The notes beneath the pieces are model-generated. The model did no database searches and had not been told where the DNA came from. It worked only from the letters and a program-made list of their open reading frames with translations. A stretch of DNA of 62,880 bases, the filler included, from Choristocarpus tenellus KU-1152 (lineage: Eukaryota > Protista > Phaeophyceae), in assembly GCA_964200185.2 (NCBI GenBank). It is 13 parts of 13 records of this genome, joined end to end, with 100 filler letters (N's around TTAATTAATTAA, not from the genome) between each part and the next. Parts side by side here need not be neighbours in the genome. Positions count along the whole stretch, not along the records: positions 1 to 4,335 come from CAXNAD020015062.1; positions 4,436 to 15,113 come from CAXNAD020002793.1; 11 more parts are not named here. One strand, written 5' to 3'. Of the stretch, positions 1-12,130 are shown in pieces. Position 1 is the stretch's first letter. Each line of letters opens with the position of its first letter. Position numbers and translations under genes: made by a program.

Positions 1-759
1 CCGTGACAAATCCACAATTATTTTTATTTTATATTTATATTTATTTTTAGAGTTGGTGAAGAAACAGAACGGCCCCCAATTGTTTTTACCATCGAAAACC
101 TCTAACTCTTCATTTAAATTAAAATTAAAATTTAATTTTAATACCTTGCAGGCAAATGGCTTCAGCACTGGCTTAGTAAACCAACCTTTGCCAATCTCTC
201 CATTATAGGATCATTCAAGTGAATCAACCTTTGCCAACCTCTCCGATACCTCTTTTGGTTCTTTGTTGTGTGTGCAGGTACTGCACCCTTCCTCCTCTCC
301 AGTCCCTTTCCCGGGCCGTTCCAGGGGAGGGGGCTCTGAGGGAACCCTTGCTCTGGTGCACCTTCAAGTGGAGATGGAAATTTCCACATCAGGCATGGGT
401 GTAGCCCTCGAGGTTGAAATGTCCAGCCTCGAAAATGTAATGGTGCCTTCTGGAAGTGTGGGCTTGCTGGAGGTGTACTTCAAGGGGGTGACTGTTCTGA
501 GGTTGGAGCTGGAGCCGTATTACCCCTTCATTGGAAAGGTGCTGGAATGGTACTAGAACGGTGCTGGTAAGTTGAATAGATGTGGGAAAGAAGTGTCTGC
601 TGTTGTTTTTTGTTCCTTGGGTTGAGGGTTGTTGTTGCTGATGCAGTCCTTGCCCCAGTGATGGTGTTTTTTTGTTTCAGCCTCAGTGTTTGCATTGTTT
701 GTGTGTGTGTGTGTGTTCAATGTTCTTGGAAGGCTTTTTGGATACTTTATGTAAGGGAT

Positions 760-910
760 GCCCATCCCCTTGCATATTTGGTGCAGGCGTTTAACCATTG
801 GAGTGTGCTGTTGTACCTGTCCCCCTGCCCTGGGGCAGATACGGGCATGTCTGGTAACAGCATATTTGCCTCCTGAACCCTGCCACTGGATACCTGTTGG
901 ACAGGGCATC
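760..910 (-). mobile_element. CRE-like non-LTR retrotransposon fragment (zinc knuckle region)
   Basis: Reverse-complement match to 4745-4860; translates CPTGIQWQG...TRHARICPRAGGQVQQHTPMV. Confidence 0.7.
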
Positions 911-1954
911 ATTATTATTTTTTTTTACAAATATATATTTTTAACAAGCATACCATGTTGCTTTACTGGCTATACCTAGCATTAATACTTAATATATTTT
1001 CAAGCATAAAGATATAACAAGCATACCATGTTGCCTTGTGCCCTATACCTAGCATCCTGATTCCCCCCGAACGTGTTGTTAGAGGGACCGTTGGAAGTCT
1101 CAGGGAATGCAACAAATATTAGAGTGAGGACCTGCATGTTACGTAACCCTAAGTTCGACAAAAGAGAAGGGTTTGTCAATGGTCCAACCCAGTAGGGAAC
1201 CCAATTGTGAGTGGAAGAAAGGACGGATCAGAGGTCAGAAGGGAGGTATGCGGGTAGGTTCAGAGGTTGCGATAGCCCTCATAACACCCAAAACACATTG
1301 ATGATGGCAGTATACATTGGCGAGGCATTGGTTTAAGGTCTGATCCACCCATCCAACTTCCTAGGGGAGGACCGAGGGGGGATGAACACCAGGTACTATT
1401 GAATGCTTGTCCTTACCCTTCGAAGAAATGCCTTTATCTTCTTAAGGTACATGTCCACGGGCTGACAGAGGGTATAAAAAAATTCCCTCGTCCGGATGAA
1501 AGGTATGGTATTCATCCCCGCTGCTGTGATGATCCCCAGTAGGACCACAAAGACGAGCTGGGGGAGGGCAGGCATGAAGATGAGGGCCCACATGAGCGAT
1601 TCTTGTGACATTTCGGTGAACCTTCTTCACACTTCCCAGAGTTGAGTACACATGTGTCCTTTGCTTCAACTCGTTACTTGGGGTGCGATGCGTCTAGTAG
1701 AAGTCTTAGCAAAGCTATTGTGTTTGATGTGTGATTTTGAGAACCAACCGAGATTGTTGAGAAAAGCGAAAAGCGAAGATTGTTTTCTTGTCGGTTATTG
1801 TATGTAGAATATATAATAATGGTGAATGGAGAGAAGGTAACACCTCTCCCTTCTGATCAAACAATTCGTAGACTAGTTCTGTATGTGAGAGATAAGTATA
1901 GTGCGTCGTAAATATTTCTTACATGACCAAATCCAGAATTTACAGAATCAGTGA

Positions 1955-3014
1955 AGTGGTACCAATAGCTTCGCGGTCTGTGGCAGTTCTGCGTTTTTTC
2001 ACCATATCGCCGTAACATATATACAACAGTATATATATCAAATGAAAGCTTATGACAAGACCTTTTGAAGGTTTGTATGAAGGAATGTGCAGACTTCGGT
2101 GAACGGGAACCTTGGTGTGGTACAGTGATGAAGTCTGTGGGGAAGCCTGGTTCCGGCAGGCGAAGGGAGAACCAGAGTGGCCGGCCAAAGGGAAGGTTGG
2201 GGAGGAGAGCAGTGCGACTGTGTGCCACTGCACTCAGAAAACGCCAAAGTTAAAACGTGGGTGTAGAATATGTTAGTAGTCGACATTTGCAGCAGACCCT
2301 AGCTGTTTGGAAGCTATGTGAGCCAGAGTGGCTTAAGAAACGAGAAAGAAGGTGTTAGGGTTGGGCCACAAGGGCTCTGAATCCCGAAAGAAGGTAACGA
2401 TTTACAACTAAATACTTTAGTGGAACAATTAAAGTTCTCTGGTATATCTGAACCCATTTCCGGTGCTCAATGAGGAAATGTGATAGTAAAGGCTCTAACA
2501 CTGCAAATACGGTACCTGTGTATGAACGATGGGAAAGACTGTCAAACAGCGCTCGAGATGGCAGCAGGATATGCAATGGTCAGGTTGAAAACTGTGAGTA
2601 AATGGGAGAGAGACTACCTAACTAAGGACCACATCAAGGTGTCGGAGCAAGGGCACGAAGAGAGGCATTTCATTCTGGGCCTCGACGAGGACATCCTTGC
2701 CGAGGTCAAAGAGTGGGTGTGCGAACACACAGGAAGAAAAGGTAGGGAGGCGTTTTTGCTTTCTAAACCCTATACTTTAATCAAGTAATAGTAAATCTGC
2801 TACCACTCTTGGTGACCTACAATCCAGGGTTCGAACCCCAATATGAGCGCTCTTTCTTCAAAATACGGAAAAATAATTACCAAAATATACGAAGCCCGTA
2901 CTCTGGAGGGCATTGTGACCAGCATCAAGAAAATGCTTTTATGGTTTTAAATCCGATGTCTACACCAAACGTTATTACGAGACAACCCCAGACGCAGAAG
3001 CTATCGGTACCACT
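1955..3014 (+). mobile_element. Internally deleted IS630/Tc1/mariner-superfamily TIR transposon, copy 1
   Basis: TIRs AGTGGTACCAATAGCTTCG...GAAGCTATCGGTACCACT followed by ATA. 2480-2740 encodes a transposase N-terminal segment (TVSKWERDYL...SEQGHEER...LDEDILAEVKEWV) ending at a GT donor. Second copy at 12495-14549. Confidence 0.7.
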
Positions 3015-4335
3015 ATAGAGGGTGTTTTGCCGAGGTGTATGATGATGGATGATTCCATTGTGGAGTAGTTGATAACACAGTTTATAGGGCGAAATATTAA
3101 TGTATGAATATTATAGATTTTGATGAGGTATCTGTTGCATTAACGACAACTGGAATGTTCATAGGGGTGGCTTTGATTTTGGTTTGGATTTTCTCCCTGA
3201 CACATCTGTATAATATCAGAGAAGATAAAATTATATTAATGTGGAGGAAAGAATCATAACCAGACTACAATTTTCTAGTCACTCCAAAACACTGTTATTT
3301 TTATGGTTTGCGTGAGTGTAGAGGTATGTAAGAGGTGGGATTGTCAATGAAGAATCCTTGAAACTAGTACGTTCTTAGAAGCTTAATGAACACTAATATT
3401 AGTGGTGAATGTGAAGGATACCTCTGTAAAAACTATTTGACATTTTAATACCAGCTATGCAACAATCACTCCCTCAAATCTTGGAAATTTTCAATCTTAT
3501 GGGTACATGGCTGGTATAGTTCCAACCTAGGTTAGCCCTACACAACTAAGGGCGGACCTGGGGGAACATCCCAAGAATCTGACAGGTCTTGTCTCGAATT
3601 TGGGAATGAGTTCTTTTGACCAGAAATTATTGTATTTTATTTTCAAACTTGATTTTGCGGGATATCTACCAAGGTAAATACGTGTTTTGTGCTTTTCAGA
3701 AGGAAACGGTTTGGTTCGTAGACTTTACTACCATTTAATGATACTAACACTATTTTCTTGACATCTAACTCGAATCATGTGTGTATGGTGGTAACCAACA
3801 AGGTTGTATGGACAAATCGGGATTTCTACATCATTCCTCAACATTAGTTGTACTCAGTACGTGATTTGTGGTACAAGATTTAAGGGTAGGAATGACTTGT
3901 ACATCGTTACCACTCCTTCAACCTTCACATAAAAATATTTGTATATTCATGTTNNNNNNNNNNTTTCAATCATGATTCGTCCCACGTGTGGAGTATTTAC
4001 TGTAGTATTTGTGGTCTCTTTGTTGTGGTCAGACTGGACATTATTTGTTCATATTATTCCTGGTATTATTTTTATACTCCCGGGTATTTACCAACATTAT
4101 TGTAGGAACTATACAGTCCAGTCTTGATTATGGTGTAGAGCAAATCTTGCAACTTCTTCTAGAACAGAACTTTCTACGATTACCTATCATGGCAAGTGAT
4201 GGATCAATCAAAGTAGGTATTTTTGTACGGATGTATTACTCCACACCACTAGTAGTCAGAAACAGCAGGTCAATATGGTATAATAAAGTCACTCTGCCCC
4301 CTCTATCTACCCTTGCCACCTTCTCTGTCGAGAGG

Positions 4336-4435
4336 NNNNNNNNNNNNNNNNNNNNNNNNNNNNNNNNNNNNNNNNNNNNTTAATTAATTAANNNNNNNNN
4401 NNNNNNNNNNNNNNNNNNNNNNNNNNNNNNNNNNN
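4336..4435. other. Artificial contig spacer N44-TTAATTAATTAA-N44, first of 12 (others start at 15114, 19066, 25391, 30479, 34594, 38101, 42386, 46053, 51672, 55084, 57792; 100 bp each)
   Basis: Identical 100-bp cassette with a linker giving stop codons in all six frames; flanking sequences are not continuous. Confidence 0.99.
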
Positions 4436-5475
4436 GGTCAAGACTGGGTAACCAGGGGGGGAACAACATCCCCCGCACCTGCCCCAGAGGTCCACACTCT
4501 GGCAGCTCATGACGCCAGGATCACAAGGATGGCTCAACACGAGATCACATGCCTCCTGAATACGATCTATTTCGACTCCTTTCGGACACAACCAGCCGGC
4601 CTACCAATTGAAGTACAACAGGGGAAGGAACGTTTCTCATTGGCCCTAGCACACCACCGGAGCCAGCGTGGACAAAGGGGCAAAAGCCGGCATGAAAGAT
4701 CCTCCCTATAGAATTCAAGCTCAAAGCCAGCAGGTCCCTAGGGAGGGAGGAGGCCCTATCAAACAGGTGCCCAGTGATGGGATGCAGGAGGCAAAATGTC
4801 GACACCAGACATGCCCGTACCTGCCCCAGGGCAGGAGGACAGGTGTGACAGCACACACTGTCCTGGGTGAAACGCCTAAGCTAATTATACAAAGGAATAG
4901 TCTTCCCTGCACTACGGAGGACGGCAGCCCCTTCACGGTAGACAGGAATTTCCGCATGGATCTAGTCTTCCATGCAGGGGCACTTGCGGACGCTGGAACA
5001 GCCCCCTACCAGGACAAAGGTCTCTTGCTAGATGCTACATTTGCAGAAGTGCAGGTAACCTCCCATCTTCCACATTCATCCATCAGCAATGGTGCAGCTG
5101 CTGCTGCAGCTGCAGCTGAGGCACTAAAGCACACCCACTACGAGGGCTCTTTCAATCCTCGTAGTTATAACCTCAACACCTTTGCGGTGGAAAGTTTTGG
5201 GCGCCTCGGCAAGCAAGTGGAACGTTTCCTGGATGAGCTGGCTACATACATGGGGGGGGGAGAGGAAATGGAGGCTATGGCAGGAAAGGGGCGGTCAAAT
5301 CCCGCCTGCGCCAAATTGTCTCAGTGACAAGAAAAGTGGTACTGTCTAGACGTGTCATACGTTTTAAGCTGGAGTCACGAGGGAGATGGGCAAGGAGGGG
5401 CTTGTTGGATTCTTGGGATGCCTTCCTATTTCCTCACCCTGGGGGGCAGGAATAGGTAGATTGGAGGCACGGGAA
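4436..5475 (+). mobile_element. CRE-like non-LTR retrotransposon, 3' part of ORF (CCHC plus restriction-like endonuclease), frameshifted
   Basis: CPxxxC...HARTC knuckle, RMDLV...LLLDATF, AAAEALKHTHY, FAVESFGRLGKQVERFLDELA and QIVSVT...ALSRRV match the PD-(D/E)xK endonuclease C-terminus of CRE/R2-type elements. Confidence 0.8.
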
Positions 5476-6137
5476 GGTGTTCGATTAGACTCTTCCAACT
5501 CTATTGGACAGTTGTAGTAACTGTATATGGAGTAAGAGAACAATCATTCGTGATTAACTTATCAGAACATTTTATTAGTGATTACCTGTATGAGAACATT
5601 TCTCATTTAAAAGGGAAAGTTTACGAAGTACTCTGAGTTTTGTGGGCGGAAGAACTCTGGTTGGTAAAGGGCACAAGGCAAGGAAGGGGACAGGAAAGAA
5701 ATAAAATTATCAAGGAGGAAACGAAGAGTTAATAAAGACTGAGTGGTTAAGATAATAGGTGGCAGACAGAGGCACAAGGGGAGAAGGAATGAACAGTATT
5801 GAATCGAAGAGGAAACCTGAGGCTGGGGTGACAAGACAAGGAGGGCTAGATCAAGAGGACACCCAAGCAAGCTTTCCTGCCCACCCAACCTGTCGCTTGC
5901 TCATGACCGACTTGGATCTTAGGGTGGGAGGGGAGGTCAAGTTCGGGCGGGGTAGATGTCTTCTAGCTCAAAGGCACATTATGAAGGGGATGATGAAGGG
6001 GGGTTCTTGGATGATTGTGGAGTGGTGTTGAGTGGTGTTGAGTGGTGTGGTGGAGTGGTAAGTGGGGTGGAATTGACTGGAGTGGTAACTGGTGTGGGGT
6101 TAAGTGGGGTTGAATAGGGTTGAAAGGGGTGGTAGAG

Positions 6138-6404
6138 ACCGGAAATCAGTGGTGAAGGGGTCGCCCTGGTTGGTCATCGGATGTGGGGGGTGACGAAAAA
6201 TCAGTGGCGAAGGGGTTTCGCCCTGATTGGTCATCAGATGTGAGGGTGACTGGAAATTAGGTGCGAAGGGGGTTCGCCCTGGTTGGTCATCAGATGTGGG
6301 GGTGACTGGAAATCAGGGGCAAAGGGGGGGTCGCCCTGGTTGGTCATTAGATGTAGGGGGTGACTGGAAATCAGTGGCGAAAGGGGTTCGCCCTGGTTGG
6401 TCAC
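6138..6404 (+). repeat. Minisatellite, about 5 x 56 bp, each unit with a GGCGAA-GGGG-TTCGCC hairpin
   Basis: Unit GACTGGAAATCAGTGGCGAAGGGGTTCGCCCTGGTTGGTCATCAGATGTGGGGGT repeated head-to-tail with small changes; G-rich simple repeats precede it at 6020-6130. Confidence 0.9.
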
Positions 6405-6964
6405 AAGGGTTGTTAGAATGTGGGGAGAAAAGGGAATAGGGAGGAATACAAACGTAGAATAAAATAATAATAATCCAGAATTCATGACCAAAACAAAGGA
6501 AATATTTGTGATTTTATGGGGTGCTGCATGCCCCACTTAACGTTAATCATTCTACAGACATCACACAATTTTTGTTTTTTATGATTTGGGCGATACTTTA
6601 ACAAAAGGCAGTGGTACAATATAGATAGTAGTGAAATAACAAATAGATTAGTGTTTCTCATATTTGTGATATATTTTACTTCTTTAGGGTTTATACTGAC
6701 ATGAAAAGTTTTCTATGGTTTTCCCCTTGACACATCTGGAAAATGTCAGAGGGCATAATAATATAGTATGTAATAGTGCCAGCTACAAGATAAATCATTC
6801 AGCCCACGATAAAAGTAAGTGCAATATTGGATGGCTGATGTGTGGTAGCAGTATGAAAATGTGGAACATATTTGAGGTGGAAAAGAAACTTCACTAACGG
6901 CCAAAAGAGGTTGTGACGAGCAAGAAAGACCAAATGCAAAAGTTGCTACATATCCTGCCCGTGA

Positions 6965-8862
6965 CAATTTTTGGCTTGCTGACCTTAAAAGCTTAAAAAG
7001 TTGTGTCTTAGGTGCTAGCTCTCCAACATCTGTGATCTTCTAACCCTACAGCTTACAGGGAAAGGGACCCTGCAAGGCACCCTAGTTCCGACTGGTCCTC
7101 GTGGGTTTCTAGCTGGTTCTTTGTCATGTTGGTCGGAGGTTAAACTCGCTAGGGTCGGAAGCAATGCAGTCGTAAGGTGGGCAGTATGTGCTGACACCAA
7201 GTGATCTGGTGACTGGTGTTTAAATCATGTCGATCCCGTCTCCCTGGACGCTCCCGAATATTTTTTGGTGGACAATAGTTGCTGTCATTAGGGTTGGTCT
7301 AACCGCGGAATGTCCCCAACATGATCTCACGGTGCACCCTTCCAACTCATAAATCGGGCAGGGATCATGAGACTCGGCAAGAGTTGAAGTGTTCATCACA
7401 GTTCATCAGGGACTGGGTTACGGCGTTTGGTTTTCAATTGCCGGATTTCTAGGTTAGCCTGTTTAGGTCTGCAGCTAGGCTTTTCGCTACATTCAGCTGC
7501 GATCCCATGCCCGCGAATCTTAAGTAAGTCTTGTGCAAATTATCCAAATTATTAACTGATATACTGGATGTACTACACGAGCGAACAACCCCTGGTCTAA
7601 ATTCAACATGGCTGATGCTTGACCTACAGCAGCATCGACTAGTATGGCAAAGTTCTCGTACCGCTGAGGGCTAGAAAGTAAAACCAGGGATTGACAGCAA
7701 AACATCCACATTATATGGACATTACCGTAGTTGGTCAGTGAGCAGGGCAATCAGGTCAGCTGGGGTAAGTTCAACTGGGTCGAGGTCAGACCTGTCTTGT
7801 TTAACTCTTAACTCACGCACAAAAGCATCAATGGATTCAATTACCCTTCTTGCAAACTCCCTGACATCCTCTGTTTTGGGGGTATATCGATCATGTTTCG
7901 GAAGATTCTATCTAAAGGATTAGGTACGGAAATTTCCTTAAGGGTAGCAGTAACAAAATCTTCCCACAACAAAACATTCAGGGTTTCATAAAAGATCGAA
8001 AGCTTGCTGCTTAGTCTAGGCTAGTTCCTCTAAGGATCTGATATCGGAAGAGTCTCATACACATATCCTAAGATCTAATCATATGTGGGTATGCGGGTTG
8101 CATCAACAGATTGGCAGTTTACGATGGCAATAGTGCCAACACATTTCTTAAAAATAGTGAACAATTTCCCAAAATTGGACACTAGGGGACAATCTTGTTC
8201 TTCCATATCCCAAAAACGCATTGGGGGCTAGTCTTTGTGCGATCGGTATTTGACAACGAGGTGACTTGAGTGGTGTGTATAAGAAGTAGAACACATATTG
8301 GATTCCGGGTTTTTCACACTCATCTTTATGTTTAACATTTGCATGGGCGCTGCCTCTAAGCCTTGGTCATGAGGAGTCCCACCAATTGCCTCATCAACTA
8401 TTTCTTGGCATAGACAAGCTGTCGATCCATGTATGTCTGGTGATCGAATGTCGCCATCGTACTGCCTTTGCCCATCTCCTCCTGGTTTTTTGCATGCACG
8501 CTAAACCGGTTCAGGCACAGATTACGGGCAGGGCCTTCCCTCAGCCTCTGCTCCGTCACACCTTCCTGCTCAAGCGAGCCACCAGGGGTGCCTTTGTCTA
8601 CAGATGTAGACGCAGCAGCCGGTAGAGGTTGGGTGTTAGTACTACCCCCCTCTTTACCTCCTTCAGTTGCCGTGCTAGTGGTTACCTTCTTCTTCCCTTT
8701 CCTTGCAGAAGTCTTCTCTTTTCTGGTGGAAGTGGAAGTGGAATTGGGGTTGGAATTGGGGTTGGAAGTGGTCGCACTTCTCTTGTGTCTCGTACATTCT
8801 CGGTTTGGCCAGACATATTGTGAAAGCGTGTTAGCCCCCTTGAACACTCGGCATAAGTACCA
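6965..8862 (-). mobile_element. Degenerate Ty3/Gypsy 5' internal region (PBS and gag-like)
   Basis: Directly follows the LTR at 8864-9247 with a TGGTAC PBS-like motif; broken reading frames; left boundary approximate. Confidence 0.5.
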
Positions 8863-8863
8863 C

Positions 8864-9247
8864 TGTGGAAGTGTCAAGGGCACCATGACTCTCTGCAAAG
8901 GGAAGGCAATCACAATCAACTGAACTCTTCCACCACAGAGGGTGGGATCGAGTTTCACAGATCTTGACCCAGCATCTCAAAGTCAGTTGAGTAAATTCAG
9001 AACAGAATCAAAACCTTAGTGCACAAAAGATGTCACAGAATGGCTGAGGAACGTCACAGCAGGGAAATTGATCAGAGAGAATCGGAATGGATCTTGGTTC
9101 TGACATTCCTTCTGACTGTTTGGTCAAATCCGGATCTTATGGGTGTGTCTGGTTTTGTGAACTGGTCGATATGGGCAAGTTTCAATGAAGTGGTTGGTGC
9201 ACAGATATATATATGGCAGATTCCAAAAAAGGAACCTGTCCCTGACA
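8864..9247 (-). mobile_element. LTR (5' LTR) of the chromodomain Gypsy family
   Basis: TGTCAGGG...TTCCACA termini; homologous to the LTR at 28357-28774 that follows a polypurine tract. Confidence 0.75.
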
Positions 9248-9340
9248 GAAAAATATATTTCACATTTACAACAACTGTTACTTTTTGAGGGGATGTTCTG
9301 AATATTGAATAGACCTTTCATCGGTTTTTCCCGTCAGAGG

Positions 9341-9752
9341 TGTCAGGGATAGCTTCCTTTTTTAAGATCTCGCACACACACATACATTTTGTGGATATGA
9401 CTTGTAGATATATGCATGTACACGCACCAACCACGTCATTGAAACTTACCCATATCGACCAGTCCACAAAATATGACACACCCATAAGATCCGGATTTGA
9501 CCAAACAGTCAGAAGGACTTTCAGAACCAAGATCCATTCCGATTCTGACTGATCCATTTCACTCCTGTGACTTTGCTCAGTCATTCTGTGACATCTATTG
9601 TGAGCTAAGGCTTTGATTCTGTTCTGAATTCCCTCAACTTTGAGATGCTGGGTTAAGACCTGTGGATGTCGGTCCCAACCGCCCTGTAGTGGAAGAGTTC
9701 AGTCTGGTGATTGTGATTGCCCGCTTTTTCAGCGAGCCTTGACGCCTTAACA
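9341..9752 (+). mobile_element. Solo LTR of the same Gypsy family, opposite orientation
   Basis: Starts TGTCAGGG and ends ...AACA; aligns with the reverse complement of 8864-9247. Confidence 0.75.
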
Positions 9753-9813
9753 ATTTCAGCATAATATTATTTTATTATTATGCCCTTTGACATTTTTTAG
9801 ATGTGTTACAGTG

Positions 9814-9855
9814 TTGGCAGTCACCTCTAGGATCAGACCTAGAGGTGACTGCCAA
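9814..9855. repeat. Perfect 18-bp-stem hairpin
   Basis: TTGGCAGTCACCTCTAGG-atcaga-CCTAGAGGTGACTGCCAA. Confidence 0.95.
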
Positions 9856-9857
9856 GG

Positions 9858-10199
9858 TCTTGATTTTTTGAAAAGGTTGCCCATCGAGTTTTAAACAACG
9901 ATCAGCATATCGAATGAAAGCTCTTGATCTAAGCTATCGATTTCCGGAAAGTAGTTCTTTTGGGAAATTATTTTGGTAAGGTTACACATTTTAACCGAAT
10001 GTTTTCGACACAACCTTGAAAATGAAAATGTTTCGGAATAAATATCATGACCAAAAATATTTTTCGAAAGAAATCCTTTGCGTAAATCGATAGCCTAGAT
10101 CCATAGGTTTCGTTTGATATGCTGATCGTCGATCAACTCGTTGGGCAACATTTTCAAAAACATCAAGATTCGTACCCGCCAAAACGGTACGTGGGTTAA
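9858..10199. mobile_element. Fold-back (palindromic) MITE remnant, right end GGG-TTAA (piggyBac-like)
   Basis: About 310-bp imperfect palindrome at 9858-10168 (TCTTGATTTTTTGAAAAGGTTGCCCA / TGGGCAACATTTTCAAAAACATCAAGA), then CGTACC..GGTACG and GGGTTAA. Confidence 0.6.
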
Positions 10200-10280
10200 C
10201 CTCGGCTTAATAATGTTTATAAGCCACTCACAAGACACTGCGACGCACAATTAGTCTGAGTTGTGGCCTGCCCCTCACAG

Positions 10281-10564
10281 GATACTGTGAATTGAACCCG
10301 ATAGAGATGGTCTGGGGGTGGGCGAAGCACTATGTACAAGGCCATTGTGACTACACGTTGCCTGGATTGAGAGCCAACATTCCTGCCAGTCTCAAGGAGG
10401 AAGGGGGGCTGTCCAGAGTAATTGTGGAGAGGTTATTCAGGATGAGTATTGCTTACCACCTTATATGTTCCAACGAGAAAGGCATGGAGTACACCAAATT
10501 GGACAGGTTGTACAAGAAATTTAAGCCTCACATGAGGCCTGAACCTTCAGAATACCTCATTTGA
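10281..10564 (+). mobile_element. IS630/Tc1-like DDE transposase C-terminal exon
   Basis: YCELNPIEMVWGWAKHYV...CDYT...KKFKPH; ELNPIE carries the catalytic Glu motif of this superfamily; preceded by a CAG acceptor. Confidence 0.75.
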
Positions 10565-10966
10565 CTTGGCATTGATTGTCTGGTTCAGAGGCCCAGGCCA
10601 CGATGAGTGAGTCTTAGTCAGCAAGTGACAACATCGCATAAACGGGAAATAATGGAAAGAGAATGGAGAGACAACAACGCGCATGTTCTCCGAATGAAAA
10701 TGGCCTCTTCTGGGGTCAAAATCGTCCTTAATTACGCGGTTCACGCGCGCGCGGACTACTTGATTCAAGTATAGTCCTGTATTTCTCACGACTGCAAGTT
10801 GACCAACCAAAATCAACGACTAAGGTTAAGAATGATTATGTGATTACAACAAACTAATTTTCATGAAAAAATTCGTTGTTGATCAAAAGTTATGGCACGA
10901 CCAAGTTAATGCAGGGGGGGGGGCGACTGTCAACATTGTAGGGGAAAACCAAACGAAAACAATAAT

Positions 10967-11500
10967 ATGCTGCTGCAGCCGAGGCGCGAAAGCGCACCCA
11001 CTACGAGGGCCCCTTTGATTCTCGTAGTTATAACCTCAACACCTTCACAGTGGAAAGTTTTGGGCGCCTCGGCAAGCAAGCGGAATGCTTCCTGGATGAG
11101 CTGGCTACTCACATGGTAGGGGGGATGGGAGCTGGAGGATATAGCAGAAAAGGAGTAGTTACATCCCGGCTATGCCAAATTGTCTCGGTGACTACGCGAG
11201 TGGCACTGTCTAGACGTGTCATGCGTTTTACGCTGGAGTCACCAGGGAGATGGGCACGGAGGGTTTTATTGGATTCTTGTGATGCCTCCCTAGCTCCTCC
11301 CGGGGCACAGGTATAGGTAGATTGGAGAAACAGGAGGGGAGTAGTACAAATAGACAGTGGTGAAGTAACAAATAGATTAGGGTTTTTCACATTTATGACA
11401 TTTATTTCTTTAGGGCTTATACTGACAATATGCATGGTTTTCATTGGTTTCCCCCCTGAAACATGTAAAATGTCAGAGGGGAATAATAATATATATACAT
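10967..11500 (+). mobile_element. 5'-truncated CRE-like element with 3' UTR, hairpin and (ATA)n tail
   Basis: AAAAEARKRTHY...VESFGRLGKQAECFLDELA; matches 5095-5470. Confidence 0.8.
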
Positions 11501-11711
11501 AATATAATATTTTCGACAAAAATATAATCTTTACCACAACTGTTACTTTTTTAGAGATTTTTCTGACACGTGAATAGTTAGGTTTTTTAGCAAAGACATC
11601 TAAAAAATATCACGGGATAATCAAATATATGATATTTTCGACAGTAGAGGCGGGTAATACTGAAACTTCCACGGTACGATATGGTAGCAATTACTGTCGT
11701 TTAGATACAAC

Positions 11712-12130
11712 ATGTCATGCGTTTTAAGCTAGAGTCACCAGGGAGATGGATGCGGAGGGGTTTATTGGATTCTTGGGATGCCTCCCTACCTCCTCTCCCC
11801 GGGGTGCAGGAGTAGGTAGATTGGAGACACAGGAAGCCAGTAGTACACAACATTGATAGTGGTCAAGTAACAAATTAGTTTTTTTTACATTTATTTATGA
11901 TATTTTATTTCTTTATTAGGGCATATACTGACATGTATATAGTTTTTATTTGTTTCCCCCCTGACACATCTACAAAATGTCAAGAGGACATAATAATAAA
12001 ATATATATAGTTTTCATTGGTTCCCCCTGACACCTCTACAAAATGTCAGAGGGCATAATAATAAAAATATGTATAGTTTTCATTGGTTTCCCCCCCCACA
12101 CATGTGGAAAATGCCAGAGAGCATAGTAAT
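11712..12130 (+). mobile_element. CRE-like 3' end followed by tandem copies of the terminal hairpin/tail unit
   Basis: Three units of about 65 bp, TTTTCATTGGTTTCCCCCTGACACATCT..AAAATGTCAGAGGGCATAATAATAA, at about 11940, 12008 and 12074. Confidence 0.8.

Noticed and set aside
4380-4391. Recurring TTAATTAATTAA as a biological motif, and ORFs running into X residues
   Set aside because: Artificial linker embedded in N runs.
6020-6130. G-rich repeats as telomeric sequence
   Set aside because: Irregular units, not TTAGGG or TTTAGGG arrays, and internal to a repeat.
6138-6404. Hairpin-containing repeats resembling a CRISPR array
   Set aside because: Units are head-to-tail with no unique spacers, there are no cas genes, and the context is eukaryotic.
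9019-9584. ORFs with mutually similar peptides as a small gene family
   Set aside because: They lie in LTR copies (TG...CA ends, PPT, PBS) and the frames are not conserved among copies.
11940-12130. Repeated palindromic motif as CRISPR repeats or terminators
   Set aside because: It is the 3' end of the CRE-like element; the intervening sequence is also repeated.
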